Assembly (NCBI RefSeq): GCF_052425735.1
Contig: NC_135764.1
Span: forward strand, 23,932,001-23,996,000
DNA length: 64,000 bases
From: Oculina patagonica
Lineage: Eukaryota
Direction: 5' to 3'
A program made the position numbers and the translations under genes. Shown here piece after piece: positions 11,655 to 24,930 of the stretch; within the stretch, counting starts at the first letter, position 1; every line of letters starts with the position of its first letter. The notes beneath the pieces were generated by a model. That model did no database searches. It was not told the DNA's origin and saw nothing but the letters and a program-made list of their open reading frames with translations.

Positions 11655-14600
11655 CAAAATGGACTAGCAAACTTTCTCTCGAGGGCCATAAAGAGCTACA
11701 CTTAATGCTTAAGTTTTTGCTTTATTATCTATGTTTTATTTCATCCAAGAATTCCACTTTAGACGTTCATAACAGTTATAAACGCCTCCTGATCATTAAC
11801 GTCGTCATGAACGACCGTAGAATGACCCCAAATTGGCTTTCTTTATTTGCAAGTAAAATAAACTCACATTACTTTGTCCGTGTAGCTTTATTCGCAATGG
11901 CGCCTGTGAGTTGTATTTCTTTTGCAATTGACAAAACGTAGTCGAACTTTAAATTGAAACTCTTGTTTTCCCGTCGTTGGCGTGAAAGATAATACGAGCA
12001 CCAAGTATCTGCATACAAACCAAGTTTGCTTGGTTACAGTTGGTGGTATATTGTCCTTGCAGTACTCCTATTGCGTGTAAAGATACGTAAGACACCCACA
12101 CATATCAATCTAAATACTTGGAATAATAATACTCGTGAAGTAAAAAAAATCAGCGAATTTGATGATCAAATATTGTCTCATATTCAGTAAATGAGAAAAT
12201 CCAAAGCCTGTAAAAACTTACTTAATGTTGTATTTGTACATTTCACGAAGGGGTACGTAAAAACATACTCCAATAAGCAACGCTAGTGGGTAATATTCAA
12301 TCCCCTGTTTGATTGGTATTTTACTTTTTTATTGCAAGAATAAGTTGACATCAACATTGAAAGCTTCTCTCCTTTTATCTATAAAGAAAAAGTTATAACA
12401 TTTGAAGTAGCTTCAATTATGAAACTGCATTACGAGCTATTCATTGTCCGTAAGAGGAAATGATGGTGCCGTGATAAGTGGAAGTTATTTTGACTGTTAA
12501 AGAATTTGTCAAGAGTATACATGCACGGATAATCCAATTGTTTCAGTATAATTTTTTCTTAAATTACTACTCATTTTAAGGTTTTTTATCGTTTTTTTGG
12601 TTTAATTATCCTTCGTTGCATAGCAGATTTATGGCATATTTGCCCTTCGCGGTTCAATCGATGACATTCAGAAAAAGTACGCTCGGTTCAACCGTCAATT
12701 CAAAGTTTAAAACTAGATCAGTTTTACATGTAAAGCCTCATACAAGACAAAAGACGTCCTACGATCATTCTTGGAAGTGGTCCAGAATTAGAAAGAGCAT
12801 TTCATTGCTGTCGATGTAAAGAGACAAGCTTTGCTAAATTTACTTGGCCTGCAGTCAAATATTTTCCTCCGCTTGACAAGACTGCATTAAACGTGAAATA
12901 TTGGTTCGTAACGTATTTGAAGGACCTTTTAAATTTGATGTCACAGTTTGTAGTTAGGCCTAATATCAGTCAAAAAGCCCCGAAAGTATGCATTCTATTT
13001 ATGTAAATGTTGGTCAACACGTAATTTAAATAATAAATTCAAAAATATAAGAAGTCTTCACTTCGTTTTAAGTCAAAAACACATCGTTCATGTTTGCATT
13101 TCTCAATAACGGTTCAGTTCTTTTGGGAATTTTTCGTTAGTTGAATTGCCAAAAAGCCTGTAATTTATATAATTTACGTCAAAAAGAACAACGATAGAAG
13201 ACCCCGAGTTGCGGACTTTCTTTTAGTGAAAGTGAAATGAACTATTTGGATGTTATAAAATGTTAAACCTCGTGTTTTTCTTGTTGTTAAGTGCACTTTG
13301 GGTATGATGACCTAATGCTGCCTTAGGCAGCCGTTAGGTCAGCATTTTAGCAAAATTTGTTTGGTTAAAGTTGATGCAATATTACTTTCGTATCTCTTTT
13401 GCGTGGTAGACTGACGTAAGACACTCAAAAGTATTATTAGAAACAGTTGCAAACATGCCTTGTGTAGGCATAAACAGGAAATTAAATAGTCAAAAACAGT
13501 CTCATATTCAACAGCGAATCCAATACCAGTTTGTTTTCATTCTGTCCTGAAACTACAATGGTATGCTACAGTTGTGATTTCGAAATAATTAGCAAAATTC
13601 TTTGTGAAGCACCTATGGCGAAACTTCTCGAGCTAATTAAAGGATCATGCTGTTCGATCGAATACATGTATTAAACCTTGTTGTTATAAAAATAAGTTAA
13701 CGTCGTTATGAAAAACGTCGCTCCTTGGATCGATGACGAATTGGTTATGAATGAAGACATTGTGTAAAAATAGCATCAAGATACACACTCATTAAGAAAA
13801 CATTTGGAAGAGCTCATCATTAGTTAGGGTGAATAACTTCATTAGGTAAGTTTAACCAAAAGGAGTAACAAGCGATTTCCAGAGCGGATAATCCAATTGT
13901 TTAACTCGTACGTTGATTGCTTCTATATTGAATTACAACTTATAGAAAGCATTTTAAAACAACTTCAACTTTTTCTTCGTTGCATAACAGATTTACTCTG
14001 CCCTCTTTTTTTAAAGTCAGTATTTTGTAAGTTAATTAACAAGGAAATTACCGTGCACCTTCGTTTGATTGTTGTTAAATTAATTGTTCGTTTAATTTGT
14101 TTGCTTGATTGTCTGTACATATATTTGTTTGTTTTCTCTTAGTTGTATTATATTTCTATTTTATTGTAGCGAACTGTAACGAAGAATAATGCACAACTGA
14201 TGACTAAGTGAATAATATCCTACGGTTTGATTATTTACGTGTGCATAAATACACATACACAAATCCCTCTTGATGTTGAATTAGAACGATAAATCATTTG
14301 ACAGACCTTTCTTAAGATTTGGCCAAAAGGAAAACGACAATAAAAAACATTTTATTGCAAAATTGATCCGAATCGTGAAAGCCTCATTGTTTATGTTGTC
14401 AACGACAACGCAAGATAGAACCGAGTACTTGTTCCTGAATTTTTATTTTTAAAGGGAGACTTGGGTTACAATCTTATAACAATCAATCTTATAGTCTTCT
14501 CAGCGGAGTTGCTTAGTGCACTTGCGACATAAAATTCTGGACGATTCGTAGGGAAGCATCGAGTAAGCGCTCTTGTTTACATGGCCTTGAAAGCCGTAAG

Positions 14601-15915
14601 ATTTGTTTCATTCAAGTTGGTGGGATATTGGCCTTGTTATTTTTTTGCGTGGGAAACAGACGTAAGCCGCCCACATATAATTAAAATCTAAATACTTGCC
14701 TTTATACCTCGTGCAGGCATAAACAGAAAATTTAGCAGCCAGATTAATAGTGTCTCATGTTAAAGAATTGGACAGTATCAAGCCATGTCATAAATTATTG
14801 TTAAACACGAAAGACATTATTTTTAAAGCGATCCTGTTTAATTACACTTCCATTGCACTTACAAAACATTGCTCCAGGGCTAGCTATTGTTCGTAAAATA
14901 AATTGCTATGGTCTTTTGTCTATGTGTCTAGTTACCTTAATTAATTGCCCGGCGCAGGCGGAACCGAAACATGACTAAACAGTCAATTATGGGCAAACGA
15001 GCGGTTGCTAAAGCCCAACTTATATTGTTATTTCAATCTCCAAATCGTTATTCCGACAAGATGAGTGACATGGCCATTCGCACATTTTCTTTGAAATTCA
15101 CTCTTCGAGGATTAAAATCGACCACTGCAGTCTTTTGTTCCCAATCTCACGAAAACGCTTTAAATCATCCATACGTGAAACTAAAGCACTTTGTTAAATG
15201 GTAATTTCGGATGTTTGTTTTTTTTGTTTTGTTTTAACACAACTCTATGGAAACACACAGAAAGCAGTTTTAATTTCTAAATAAAATTCGGTTTGAAATC
15301 AAAAGAGTAACAGCTTATTATTAAAGCCTTATTTAAGTTTCGTAAACCTTCCCTTCTTAAATTCGTAGGACATAATAAACTGACTCTTAAAGTGTAATAA
15401 TTCTATTGTCTTTCAATAGTTTTCATTGCATTGTCATGATCGGTTTGTTTCTTTGTTCTTTTTTTTTTATTATTATTTAGAGAGTATAATAAGAACATGA
15501 TTTAATCTAGTTTTGTGCATAGTTATCTGCCAATTCTGCATTCTGAAGTCGATTTGATCATGGTAAACTCACACCTTTTTTCTAATTGTGTTTATGTGTA
15601 TTTTTACCTGTGCTGACTATGAATACTAGACTATTAAAAGAGCTATCACATCTTTAATTGTTTGAAAATCACTAAGCGGTCGACGATTTTCTTGCCGTCC
15701 TGGGAGGTTAATAATTGCCAGCATATTCGTTGTCAGCCATCAGTCAGGTTTGGGGTGTGGTAGTTCCGCGTACCATGCAGATGTAATCCTAATGCGTCAG
15801 TGCAAATTATAAACTAACGGCATAATGTTATAATATATCTATATATAAGAAGCAGCTAGCCCTAAAACTTTCGAGATAATAAATATTTTTGCAAATTGAG
15901 ACAGCAGTGGACAGA

Positions 15916-18068
15916 ATGGATTTATCAAGTATTTTGCAAGTACGTTTAACTACTGCAGTTATTTTTGGTGAAATAACACACATTTTTTTCGCCTTAAACT
16001 TTAAAATGTTTTTTTTTTTCTATTATTTTGCCCTCAGATTGTCATAGCGTATTTGCTGGCTCGTATGGAAGTAGGATCAAGCTGGCGTAAGTCGACTCCT
16101 AAGCTCTGGAGCCTCCGCTCACAATTCAGACACAACAAACCCTGCATTGGAGGTAGTCTTATAAGGATTGACACGAACCAATGTGAAATATCTCCAGCTG
16201 GGAGGCGGCAGTGTAAAGCTGAATCCAACGGCTCATCTACCAGAGACCCCAGGACGAGTAAGTAAAATGGAAAAAGTTGTTTTTACAAGTGTGGTATCCA
16301 AAGTGGTAGGTTTCGGTTTGTTATCAAGAAGTTTAAAATAAAGAAAGGAATAGCAGAAAAGCGTAAACAAGATAACGACGAAAAAGGAGCCAAAGAATTA
16401 GAAATACAATAGTAGAAGCAGGGGAAAATCATTTTTAACGATGTTCGAACTCTTCTAAGATATTCGTCTAGCATTCCTAGTCATTATCATAGATCACGCG
16501 AATGTCTACCTTATCATGACATAACTTTAAAAGTTGCAAGAGAAAAGAAATCTGAAGTTTCGTCATATGTTATTTTACCCTCACAAATAATCATTCAATC
16601 AAATGCCTGCATAAGGGTCACGTGTCTACCTAATCATGATTTTGCAACATACATGTATTAGGGCAACATATATTAGAGGGCAACCTGCGTGAACTTTTGC
16701 GAATTGAACTACGATCTCTTACGCGCATTGCTGACGCAAATTTATTTTTTTGAAAAGTGTACCGACTACTTCTGATGAGTACTGTGAATATGTACCCATG
16801 CAATGCGTCGTTGCGTCTTAAAATTTCAAACATATCCCACGTGAGTTTAACGGTATTCACTGGGCGGAACAAAGCAAATTATTACAATGGAAAAGAGTTA
16901 TTATCATAATATACTCGCGATATAATCACATTGACACCTTACGACATGTGGAAGAGTTCTTATATTCATTCCCTATTGCTTTGATTGATTCAACGTTTAT
17001 TTCTTCAATACAGTTAAACATCCAAAAGATATGCCCTCGTTCAATATGGCAAAGAATTGACCTCTTGAAGTCTCCACTTTTAATATTGGCCTTGAATTTA
17101 GGCCTCCTCCAATATTGAAGTGTCCACTTTAGTATTTTGCCATATTGGGCTTGAATGAATCAGTAAGTGTATAACATTCAACGGAAACGTTAAAAAATGT
17201 GAAAGTGAAGAATATTTTCCGACCGCTGGTAAATTGCCTCTTTTGCTATTCCACTAATTACTTTTTCTCTTGGAAACGATTTTGGAGTTTTTGGACGCAG
17301 GGAACGTTTTTTGCTATTTTACTTGCAATTAATTTCATTGTCCGAAATCTTAAGAGCAAATAAAGGTTGATTGAATAAGTGATTTTTAAATGAACGAGTT
17401 TAAAATGAATCAATGATTCCTATACCAATATTATAAATATCAATGATTGCTTATGTGTTTGCCCACCCTACAAAGAACTTCAACCGTGACAATTCCTGAA
17501 TGTATTTTGTTTACAGAATTTTCGTTTGTTAAAATCAGAGGAAGAAAGTGCATTCAATTCACTGACGATCGAGACGGTACCAAGTATGCACTGAAGGTCA
17601 TCAATGGGACGACTGTCACTTTTCAAGTGAGTTACATAAACAGCAAAACAACAATCTCTAGTAGACCATAATCGTGTGCAGTCGGCCGAAGGTCATTTAT
17701 GTGCAAATACACTGATTTTGAAATTGTAAGACAGTTAGTCATTAGTCATTTTTTGTCATATTAATAGCTAACTGACTAGTCAAGTAACAATGTAACCTAA
17801 TAATAAAAGCTTTTGTTTTCGATTGTCATTGAAGTAATATTGTTGTTTGCTTTATTTTCTTTTACAGGAGCATCGTTGCGACAGTACAACTGAAAACAGT
17901 TTCCTGTTTGGCGAAGAGAGAGTTGGAAAACTTTATCAATATAAACACAGAAATATTAACGGGACAATGCAATTGTGCGTACCTAGAAACTGTGATGAAA
18001 ATTTGTCCCTTATAAGGACAACTAAACTAGATAGGCGTTGTTCACTTAAAAAACTCAAACGAAAATGA
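15916..18068 (+). CDS. Secreted beta-trefoil (FGF/IL-1-like) protein, copy A2, intact, 184 aa; exons 15916-15939, 16038-16257, 17517-17626, 17868-18068
   Basis: All GT-AG, phases 0/1/0, 555 nt open: MDLSSILQIVIAYLLARMEVGSSWRKSTPKLWSLRSQFRHNKPCIGGSLIRIDTNQCEISPAGRRQCKAESNGSSTRDPRTKFSFVKIRGRKCIQFTDDRDGTKYALKVINGTTVTFQEHRCDSTTENSFLFGEERVGKLYQYKHRNINGTMQLCVPRNCDENLSLIRTTKLDRRCSLKKLKRK. Gene model is strong; fold is inferred. Confidence 0.85.
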
Positions 18069-18769
18069 CTTCCAAAAATGGTTAGACAAATGTTTAGGTT
18101 TTGTTAAACAAACGTACCCTTCTAATAATTTATTTCGGTTATTTATTTATTTAATCATACTATGTTTATTGTTACCAAACTCACTGTACGCTCTCAGTAA
18201 ACAGTAATTCTCTGATATTTTGTTGGCCCCCGCCTCGAACAGTTGTTTTTGCTAGTAGCAGCCTAGCATGGGGGCAAGCAATCTTGTAAACAAATTTATA
18301 AAAACAAATAAATAAATAAATAAATAAATACAGTTCAGTTCAAGTATATGTTTTTGATTTGTTTGTTTTCCACATCGAGGAAAACATTGCCAGTTGTATT
18401 GCGACCCTTTTTACTTTGTTTATAATTTGCTTTTCTGCATAATATTATTATTATACTTTTGATACATTTTATGCCTCCAAGTTCTTCCTTTTGCAAAGTT
18501 TTATAGAGTATTGGCCGCTAATAGTTCTCCCTTGTCTTTATTTCTATCAACCGCAAATTGATTTCGCGATTCTTTTTGGTTCTCTTTCTGTTAGTCCGTG
18601 TCACGTCTTTGTTGTCGTCTCTCCTAAAATCAGTATACCTTGTAAGGTGGCTCTCGGAAAACTAACAAAGTTCAAGCACATCCTTTTTTTTTTCTCGAAA
18701 GGAACTTTGTAGTCTTGTTTAGATCGAACGGTCAAGATAGTTTTTCTTTTTCAATCGTCTCCTCAAAAG

Positions 18770-18965
18770 ACTTAACTTATTCCCTTCCACTCCACTTGGA
18801 GCATAGGACGATGCGAATCACCCGCCATTTCGATCTGTTTTGGACTAACACAGTCTGGGTCTGTCTTCAGGTGTATTCCGCCTTGCCCACCTTGTCGTCG
18901 ACGTGTTTCCTCCAGCTGTTTCTGGGACGGCCTAGACTCCTCTTCCTTTGTGGGTTCAACCTTTC
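18770..18965 (-). mobile_element. 3' end fragment of an RTE-like non-LTR retrotransposon
   Basis: Minus-strand translation PQRKRSLGRPRNSWRK...VQNRSKWRVIRIVLCS resembles the RTE-clade C-terminus, followed by a taagttaagt tail. Confidence 0.6.
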
Positions 18966-19923
18966 TCAAGATGCATGCACTTAAAAGTACATTTGCTCTT
19001 TTGAGGCGGAACAAAATTCGAGTTCTTTAGTTGTAGTCCTATTTTTCGAGTTGTTTTTAAATTGTCTTCGAGTTGTCTTCTTTCAGCTGAAGTGATCAAA
19101 GGCTGCCATTGTTTTTACTACGGAATCACAAGCCCATAGTTAAAGCCAGTTGCTATTGATCCGAAGATATTTAATTACAAGTTCACGCTAGAATTCAGTG
19201 ACAATGATCAGCCATGTTTCAACTTAAAATATGAAACTTGCTAGCTACCTGGCGGACACCTCAGACAATGAAAGAAAAACGATATAAGCGAACAAGACTG
19301 TAAAAAATTCTGCGACCAACTTGCAAAAGGCTGTGTTATGAGTAGACGAATAATAATGTAATTAAGAAATGCACAGGACCTACAGACGAGGGAAGCACGG
19401 AAGCTGTCAAATAATTGATATGGGTCAACAAAGAAAGTTTTCGTGTGAGAATTGCTTTGCTGAAAACAATTTTGCAAAAATAAAGTCAACTCAGAGAAAT
19501 GACAACTTTCCTTTCCAAAAGGAAAACTTAATTTGTTTGTCTATAACTTAATATCATCGACAATTGCACTTTCAACGTCGGTGAGCATCATTATCAGGGA
19601 TGCTTTTGATTCACTGGAATTCAGTTTGCTTGACATCTCACAGCAATCGTCCATATGGTCGATTTTTTTACACAGCCTTTTCCGTTGTCACCGAGTGTAT
19701 CCTCGCGTTGTCTTCTTTCACTCAAAGTGATCAGACTGCCATTTTTTGCGATGACGTTACGACGTCAACGCTTGTGCCATCACGCCGTGGTGTCTGTGTT
19801 TCTGTTTCGATCGACCGAATAAAGGTAGAGGTACAAGTAATTTATTTAGTGTCAAATACCAAGGAGTGGTCTCCCAATCAACCATGCCAAGTTAAAAACA
19901 AAGAATAAATGAACTACATATTA

Positions 19924-20120
19924 CAGTCAACCCTCTCTTAACGGACACCTCTATAAGACGGACACCTCTTTAAGACGGACACCCGGAGTTGGTCCCGTCC
20001 CTGTTTTTTTTTTTTTTTTTCAGTCATGTTTGTAACTAAACTCCCTATAAGACGGACACCTCTCTTAGACGGAGAGTAGGGTCTGGTCCCAACGGTAAAC
20101 GTCTAAGAAAGAGTCGATTG
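19924..20120. mobile_element. Tc1/mariner(pogo)-type MITE with TA target duplication
   Basis: TA|cagtcaaccctctctta...taagaaagagtcgattg|TA, internal aagacggacacctct repeats; absent from the paralogous site near 50835. Confidence 0.8.
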
Positions 20121-22231
20121 TAAGAGCATTTTAAAACTACATATTAAAAATACAATCTAGAACTGGGAACTAACTAGACTAGAAAGGACTAATTTAAAAT
20201 ATAAACGAAAGCGACAAATTATATTTGACAAGTACTATTGCATTTGCAGTTGGCCTGTGTAAAACAATTACGAGACAGCGTTTGACCTTGGCGCTCGAGG
20301 GAAGTATCTTATATCCGATATCAGGCTGATACCCGATGTCACGCATCAAGATAACACAACTTTTGTTGATCAATCATTCAATACAAAAGTTGTCAGCTAC
20401 CTTTATTTTTTATACGTTCATCAGTTTTTTGACAAATTTCCTGAAAACTATTTCAGACCCCGTCGGGAATCGTCATCGATTCTGCGTGCACTTCATGTCG
20501 TCTATTTAAGCCAGTTGCTAAGGTATCCCAAGAAATTATTTGTTGTCAGTGAAAAGTCGTCGACTACGATTTCTTTCATCTATAGAAGCCCTTAAATTAA
20601 CAAGATTTTCCAAATATATGGCCGCTTATCTTTTCGCAACTTATTTCTGTGCAACGGAATTTATATACCTGATTCTCTGATCAAAAAACTTTCAAAAATT
20701 CAACTTTATTAAATCAATGATTGATGACTAAGTTATTTGGTTCAGTTTGGTACAATATTGGTGCCATTCCCTTCTTGCGTAGCAGACAAACGTAAACCAC
20801 CCACATGTCTGCAGTCATAAAGGCAATGTCTAGATCTTGTAAAGGCAAGAAACACGAAACGAGTCTGATAGAAAAACCATTTTTTATGGTAATATGGTAT
20901 AAATAGTGACAGTGTGGCAAAATATCGGCCCATATGGAAAGCTAAGTCACGTTGCACGAATATTTTATTCTTACTTAGCATTTGGATACTGTAATTCCAA
21001 TTTATGCTACTAAATTAAAATTGAAACTTAGTAGCTGTTATTTAGCACTCGTAGTTTTGCAAGATGTTTCTAGAGGCGCTTCTAAATTTGACATAGAGGT
21101 CTTTGAAAACTTTTTTCTCAAGGCTACTGTTTCTAAATAAAATGGTATGGTCTTAAACCCAAGTGGCTATTGACCCCAATCAGTTTTTCGTTGCTATGAA
21201 CGATGAACACGCCTTAACATTCCATTATCGAAAAAAAAGACAAGTTGCTTTTTAATATGAATCAGTGTAAAATTTCTTAAAATGATCATGCAAAAGTTTC
21301 GGAAAAAAATTCCTACTTTCGTCAGCTTTAATTCTCGGCGTTGCAAAACCTCTTCTGAGTCAATACTTTCACATTTTACGCCTAGCCATAGTTAATTAAA
21401 CTTTATCGCTTTTTTTGTACTTTAATTGTAAAACAAACGTGACAAAACTAGGAAACTTCGAATCGAACCAGCTGGCAATCCCGTTTTGATTGACATCTGT
21501 AATTGCAACATTCCGATCATTTTCCTAACGCGATGAAAAGTGTTTTTTTTTTTAAGTATTATTATGCTAGTTAAAAAAATTGTCGAAAAAGGGATCGAAC
21601 TATGCCTCATCAGCTGATAACTTTACGTAAACGTTGCTGAAAAATACTTTTTCTGTGACCCGACAAAAAAGAAGAAGAAGTGAACGTGTCTGTATGTGCT
21701 TGCCAGGAAAAAAATACGTTAACTTATATTAAGCACATGTAGTGTGTTTATGAGACAATATAATAGTTATACAATAAACAACTTTCTGTGTTTTTTTTTT
21801 TTCTTTTTCTCAAAATCATTTTTCAGCTTTTAATCTATTTACGAAGTTGGTCAAGTCAACCAGAGTTAACCAGATATCTCTATCTTTTCTCATTTTTTAA
21901 TTCAGTATATTCACTTTTTTATACTTATTCATCCCGGATACATCATTCATCGAGTTTTTGACCTTTAATTGTTGGAAGAAACACTTAACGCTAAACATTC
22001 TTTGTGACAGTTGAACAGTTTTGCCAGTTGTTTCGATGTCAATTTGCTTTGTGTGTGGGACTTATAGTTGTGGTTTTAAAACGTCAGAAAGACAAATTCC
22101 TTATTTACCAAATATGCAGTGCAAATATTAAGTAAAGACATAATGGTATAAATACAGACGTGAACAGACCTGAACCATTCATTGTACCTGCCCTGGTCAA
22201 AAACGTTCAGTAAAAAACCGGAGTGAACGAA

Positions 22232-22255
22232 ATGGATTTAACCCGTATTTTTCTA
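22232..22255 (+). pseudogene. Copy B2: promoter and exon 1 only (MDLTRIFL|gtaag)
   Basis: Same exon 1 as B3, TATAAATA at 22147-22154; intron homology to B3 stops at ~22622 and no exons 2-4 follow. Confidence 0.8.
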
Positions 22256-22625
22256 GTAAGGAACAACAACCTTTAATACTTTTTTTATGTTCTTGTAATG
22301 CGTAAGTTACCTTATTAAGTTTTATCCCTTTTTATCTTCATTACCTAACAGGGCCCACACCGATAACAGTTTTATAACTGATGTGGCTACCTCGTATTTT
22401 TTTAAATACGGAACTAATTTAATGTTGGTAAAGTTAAAATATATCGCAATGATTGTTTTTAACTGCTTTTCTCAATTCACCTTTAAATTATATAAATAGG
22501 AATGCCCTTTTTCAAATATTTACATTGATTCTGCTTAGGTTGAATGTGCCCGCTCTTTTTGCTGCAAGCCACATTTTACGAAAAGTAATGTCTCTTGAAA
22601 TTTTTATCGGTTCAAGTCAATCAGC

Positions 22626-23050
22626 AGCCTCGTCCCCAGTCGTCCCAGGCGAATTTGAATGTGACGTCACCCGCCAAGCTTGTCGGGAAAGTTCGCCTAG
22701 GACGCCTGGCGATAAACGGCAAATCCAAAATGGCGGAGCCTGTTCAACGATTGAACTTCAGTCAACATCTTGAGGAACTTAAAAACGCGTCAGAATTAGG
22801 CTGTGATTCCTTCATCCATGTCTGTTAGCAAACTCGTGAAGTTATTGGAGATTTTTTATTTAAGGAACCGGTGGTAGAAAAATTAAATATCAATTTTTAT
22901 GCGCAGCAAATTGTTCCATCTAAAGAGCTTGAAGAATATGTTCCATCCACTAACTGTAACTGGCGATGGGAGCTGTTTCTATCGATCGATTTCTCTATTG
23001 GTGAACGGAGATAAAATAGTGGCCGTTCGTAGAATGTTCCCGAAAGTTGT
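22626..23050 (+). mobile_element. Degenerate element encoding an OTU-like cysteine protease fragment (Helitron- or vertnin-type transposon cargo)
   Basis: Starts abruptly where B2 homology ends; frameshifted translation PLTVTGDGSCFYRSISLLVNGD (GDGxCFYRS at 22962-22988); right boundary not determined. Confidence 0.5.
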
Positions 23051-24029
23051 ATGATGAGTATTTTTGCTCCTCGCTTACACAACAACAGCGGTGAAAAGTT
23101 AACAGGCTCAGAGCTGGTAATCCATCAGTACTTTCGACTGTGCTTTCGTGTGTGCTTTCTTTGTTCCTTTGCCTTCGCTTATTTCGAAAAATTGTTCGCA
23201 GTTTTCTCCAAGGTAAGTGAAGTTGTAACTATTTATTCAAAGTATCAGTAGCAAAATATATGACAGACAGACTATAGCTACTTATCAGAAAATTAGAAAG
23301 CTGTACGTGTAGTGGCTTGTTTTCTACGAAACAGACGCTGCAATTCGCCTCGGTGACGACACCGAGTTGCGATATGTCAACTCAGCTGCAGCTTAACAGG
23401 TTAGCTTTTCTCTTCATACAGACTTGTCATACTTGTAAGACTCTTTAATATACCAAATTCCCTTCAGCCACTAAGCATTGACAAGATGAATGCATACTAT
23501 TTCAAGTTGTTGAGTCATTTTAAATTACTGTTGAGTTACTTTACACCCCCCCCCCCCCCCAAAAAAAAAAAATAATAATAATAATAATAATTATTTAAAC
23601 GCATCTATTGTATTTTATGATTGAAGTATAAAGGAAACAAAAAACTGTTCTTAATGGACTGGTATCAAAATGTTTGGAATGGCTACATTTCAGTTTAAAG
23701 TCGTTTGTTACTGTTAGTAAATGTTATCTATATTATAAAATTTTGAAAACGATCTCTGGCTTAAAAACTTTAAAATACAAGCTTTCGGCTGTTTGAACTA
23801 CAGCCCGACGGGTAAAAATGTAAAAAGATAAAATATTCCGAGTGCCAGGAGAGGAAAGATTGTTATCCGCATGGGAGTGTTTGATGCCACGCTCCAATGT
23901 TTTTAGCCGCCTTGGAGATGCATTTTCAAGTCAATCGCGAAAGACCAGACGTGAAGCGACCCCTTTGCCGCGACTTCTAGTGTTTCTGTGAGGCCGCCCC
24001 ACACATGACACTCAGCAAAGGAATAGACA

Positions 24030-24930
24030 AATCGACAAAGAAATGGGGCGGGAATGTGAGGTAAACTGGAACACGGGAGGGGAGGGACGGGCGCCCGCGG
24101 ACACCAGAGAGGGCAGATCGAGGGGGAGCCCCGGCACAGAGAGGCCGACCGCGCCACCAGCGACGGCCCCGCCCACGGGGCGCGGAGGAGCGGCGGCCCG
24201 CCCCCCGCCCCCGGGAGCGCCTTCAATATTTTCACGTTATCTATATTGTTACTATACAAACATTTTCCAGAGTATCCACTAGATATACATTGTACTCCTT
24301 TAGCCACTTCGCTTGGACAAATCAATCAAAAGGCTTTATTCTTCTTTATGCTTTAAAAAGGTGGGTTGGTACAAGAAGATCAGGATTCATCAGCTTGAGC
24401 AATGTCATACATTTTCTGCATGGACAGACCTTAAATGTCAAAAGAATATGAAAACATAATATCATACTTCCTACTCCTTGCCTCCAGGTTTCCCTGCCTC
24501 CCCCCCCCCCCCCCCCCATATGACCCCACCCACCGAACGCACTCCCCTAATCCAATTACTACTAGTAATATATTATAAGTGTTGAATACATGTAATATAT
24601 ATGTACTGCATTTATGTGTGTGTGTGTGTGTGTGTGTGTGTAGTAACACATCAAGAGGAGAAAAAAAGTGGTATAAGAAATAGCAGAAAAAAAAATATTT
24701 TTGGTAAAAAGAGGCGAGTGAAAAAAGGGGAAAAGTTGGGAAGATAGGGGACGGAAGACCGGCTGGATCAGAGGGAATGAATGAGAAAAAAGAGAGAAAA
24801 AAAAAATAGAAAAAATTGTGGAAGGTGTGAAAAGGGAAGAAAAAGGGAAGGGAAGTAAAGAGAAGGTCCTTGAAGCAGAAAGAAGACAAAAGAAAGAGAA
24901 AGTAGAGAAGAAAGCAAAAGGGAAAAAATC
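24030..24930. repeat. Compositionally anomalous block: very GC-rich tract, poly-C, (GT)n, purine-rich low complexity
   Basis: 24070-24221 is nearly all G/C/A; C run ~24500-24517; (GT)n 24615-24641; A/G-rich 24655-24930. Confidence 0.7.

Noticed and set aside
15916-18068. Assigning an FGF or IL1 gene symbol
   Set aside because: Similarity is pattern-level only, and diagnostic residues of both families are partly missing
19241-19489. Similar ORFs 19241-19489 and 51303-51536 as another gene family
   Set aside because: Frames diverge after indels; no splice or domain support; explained by the inverted duplication
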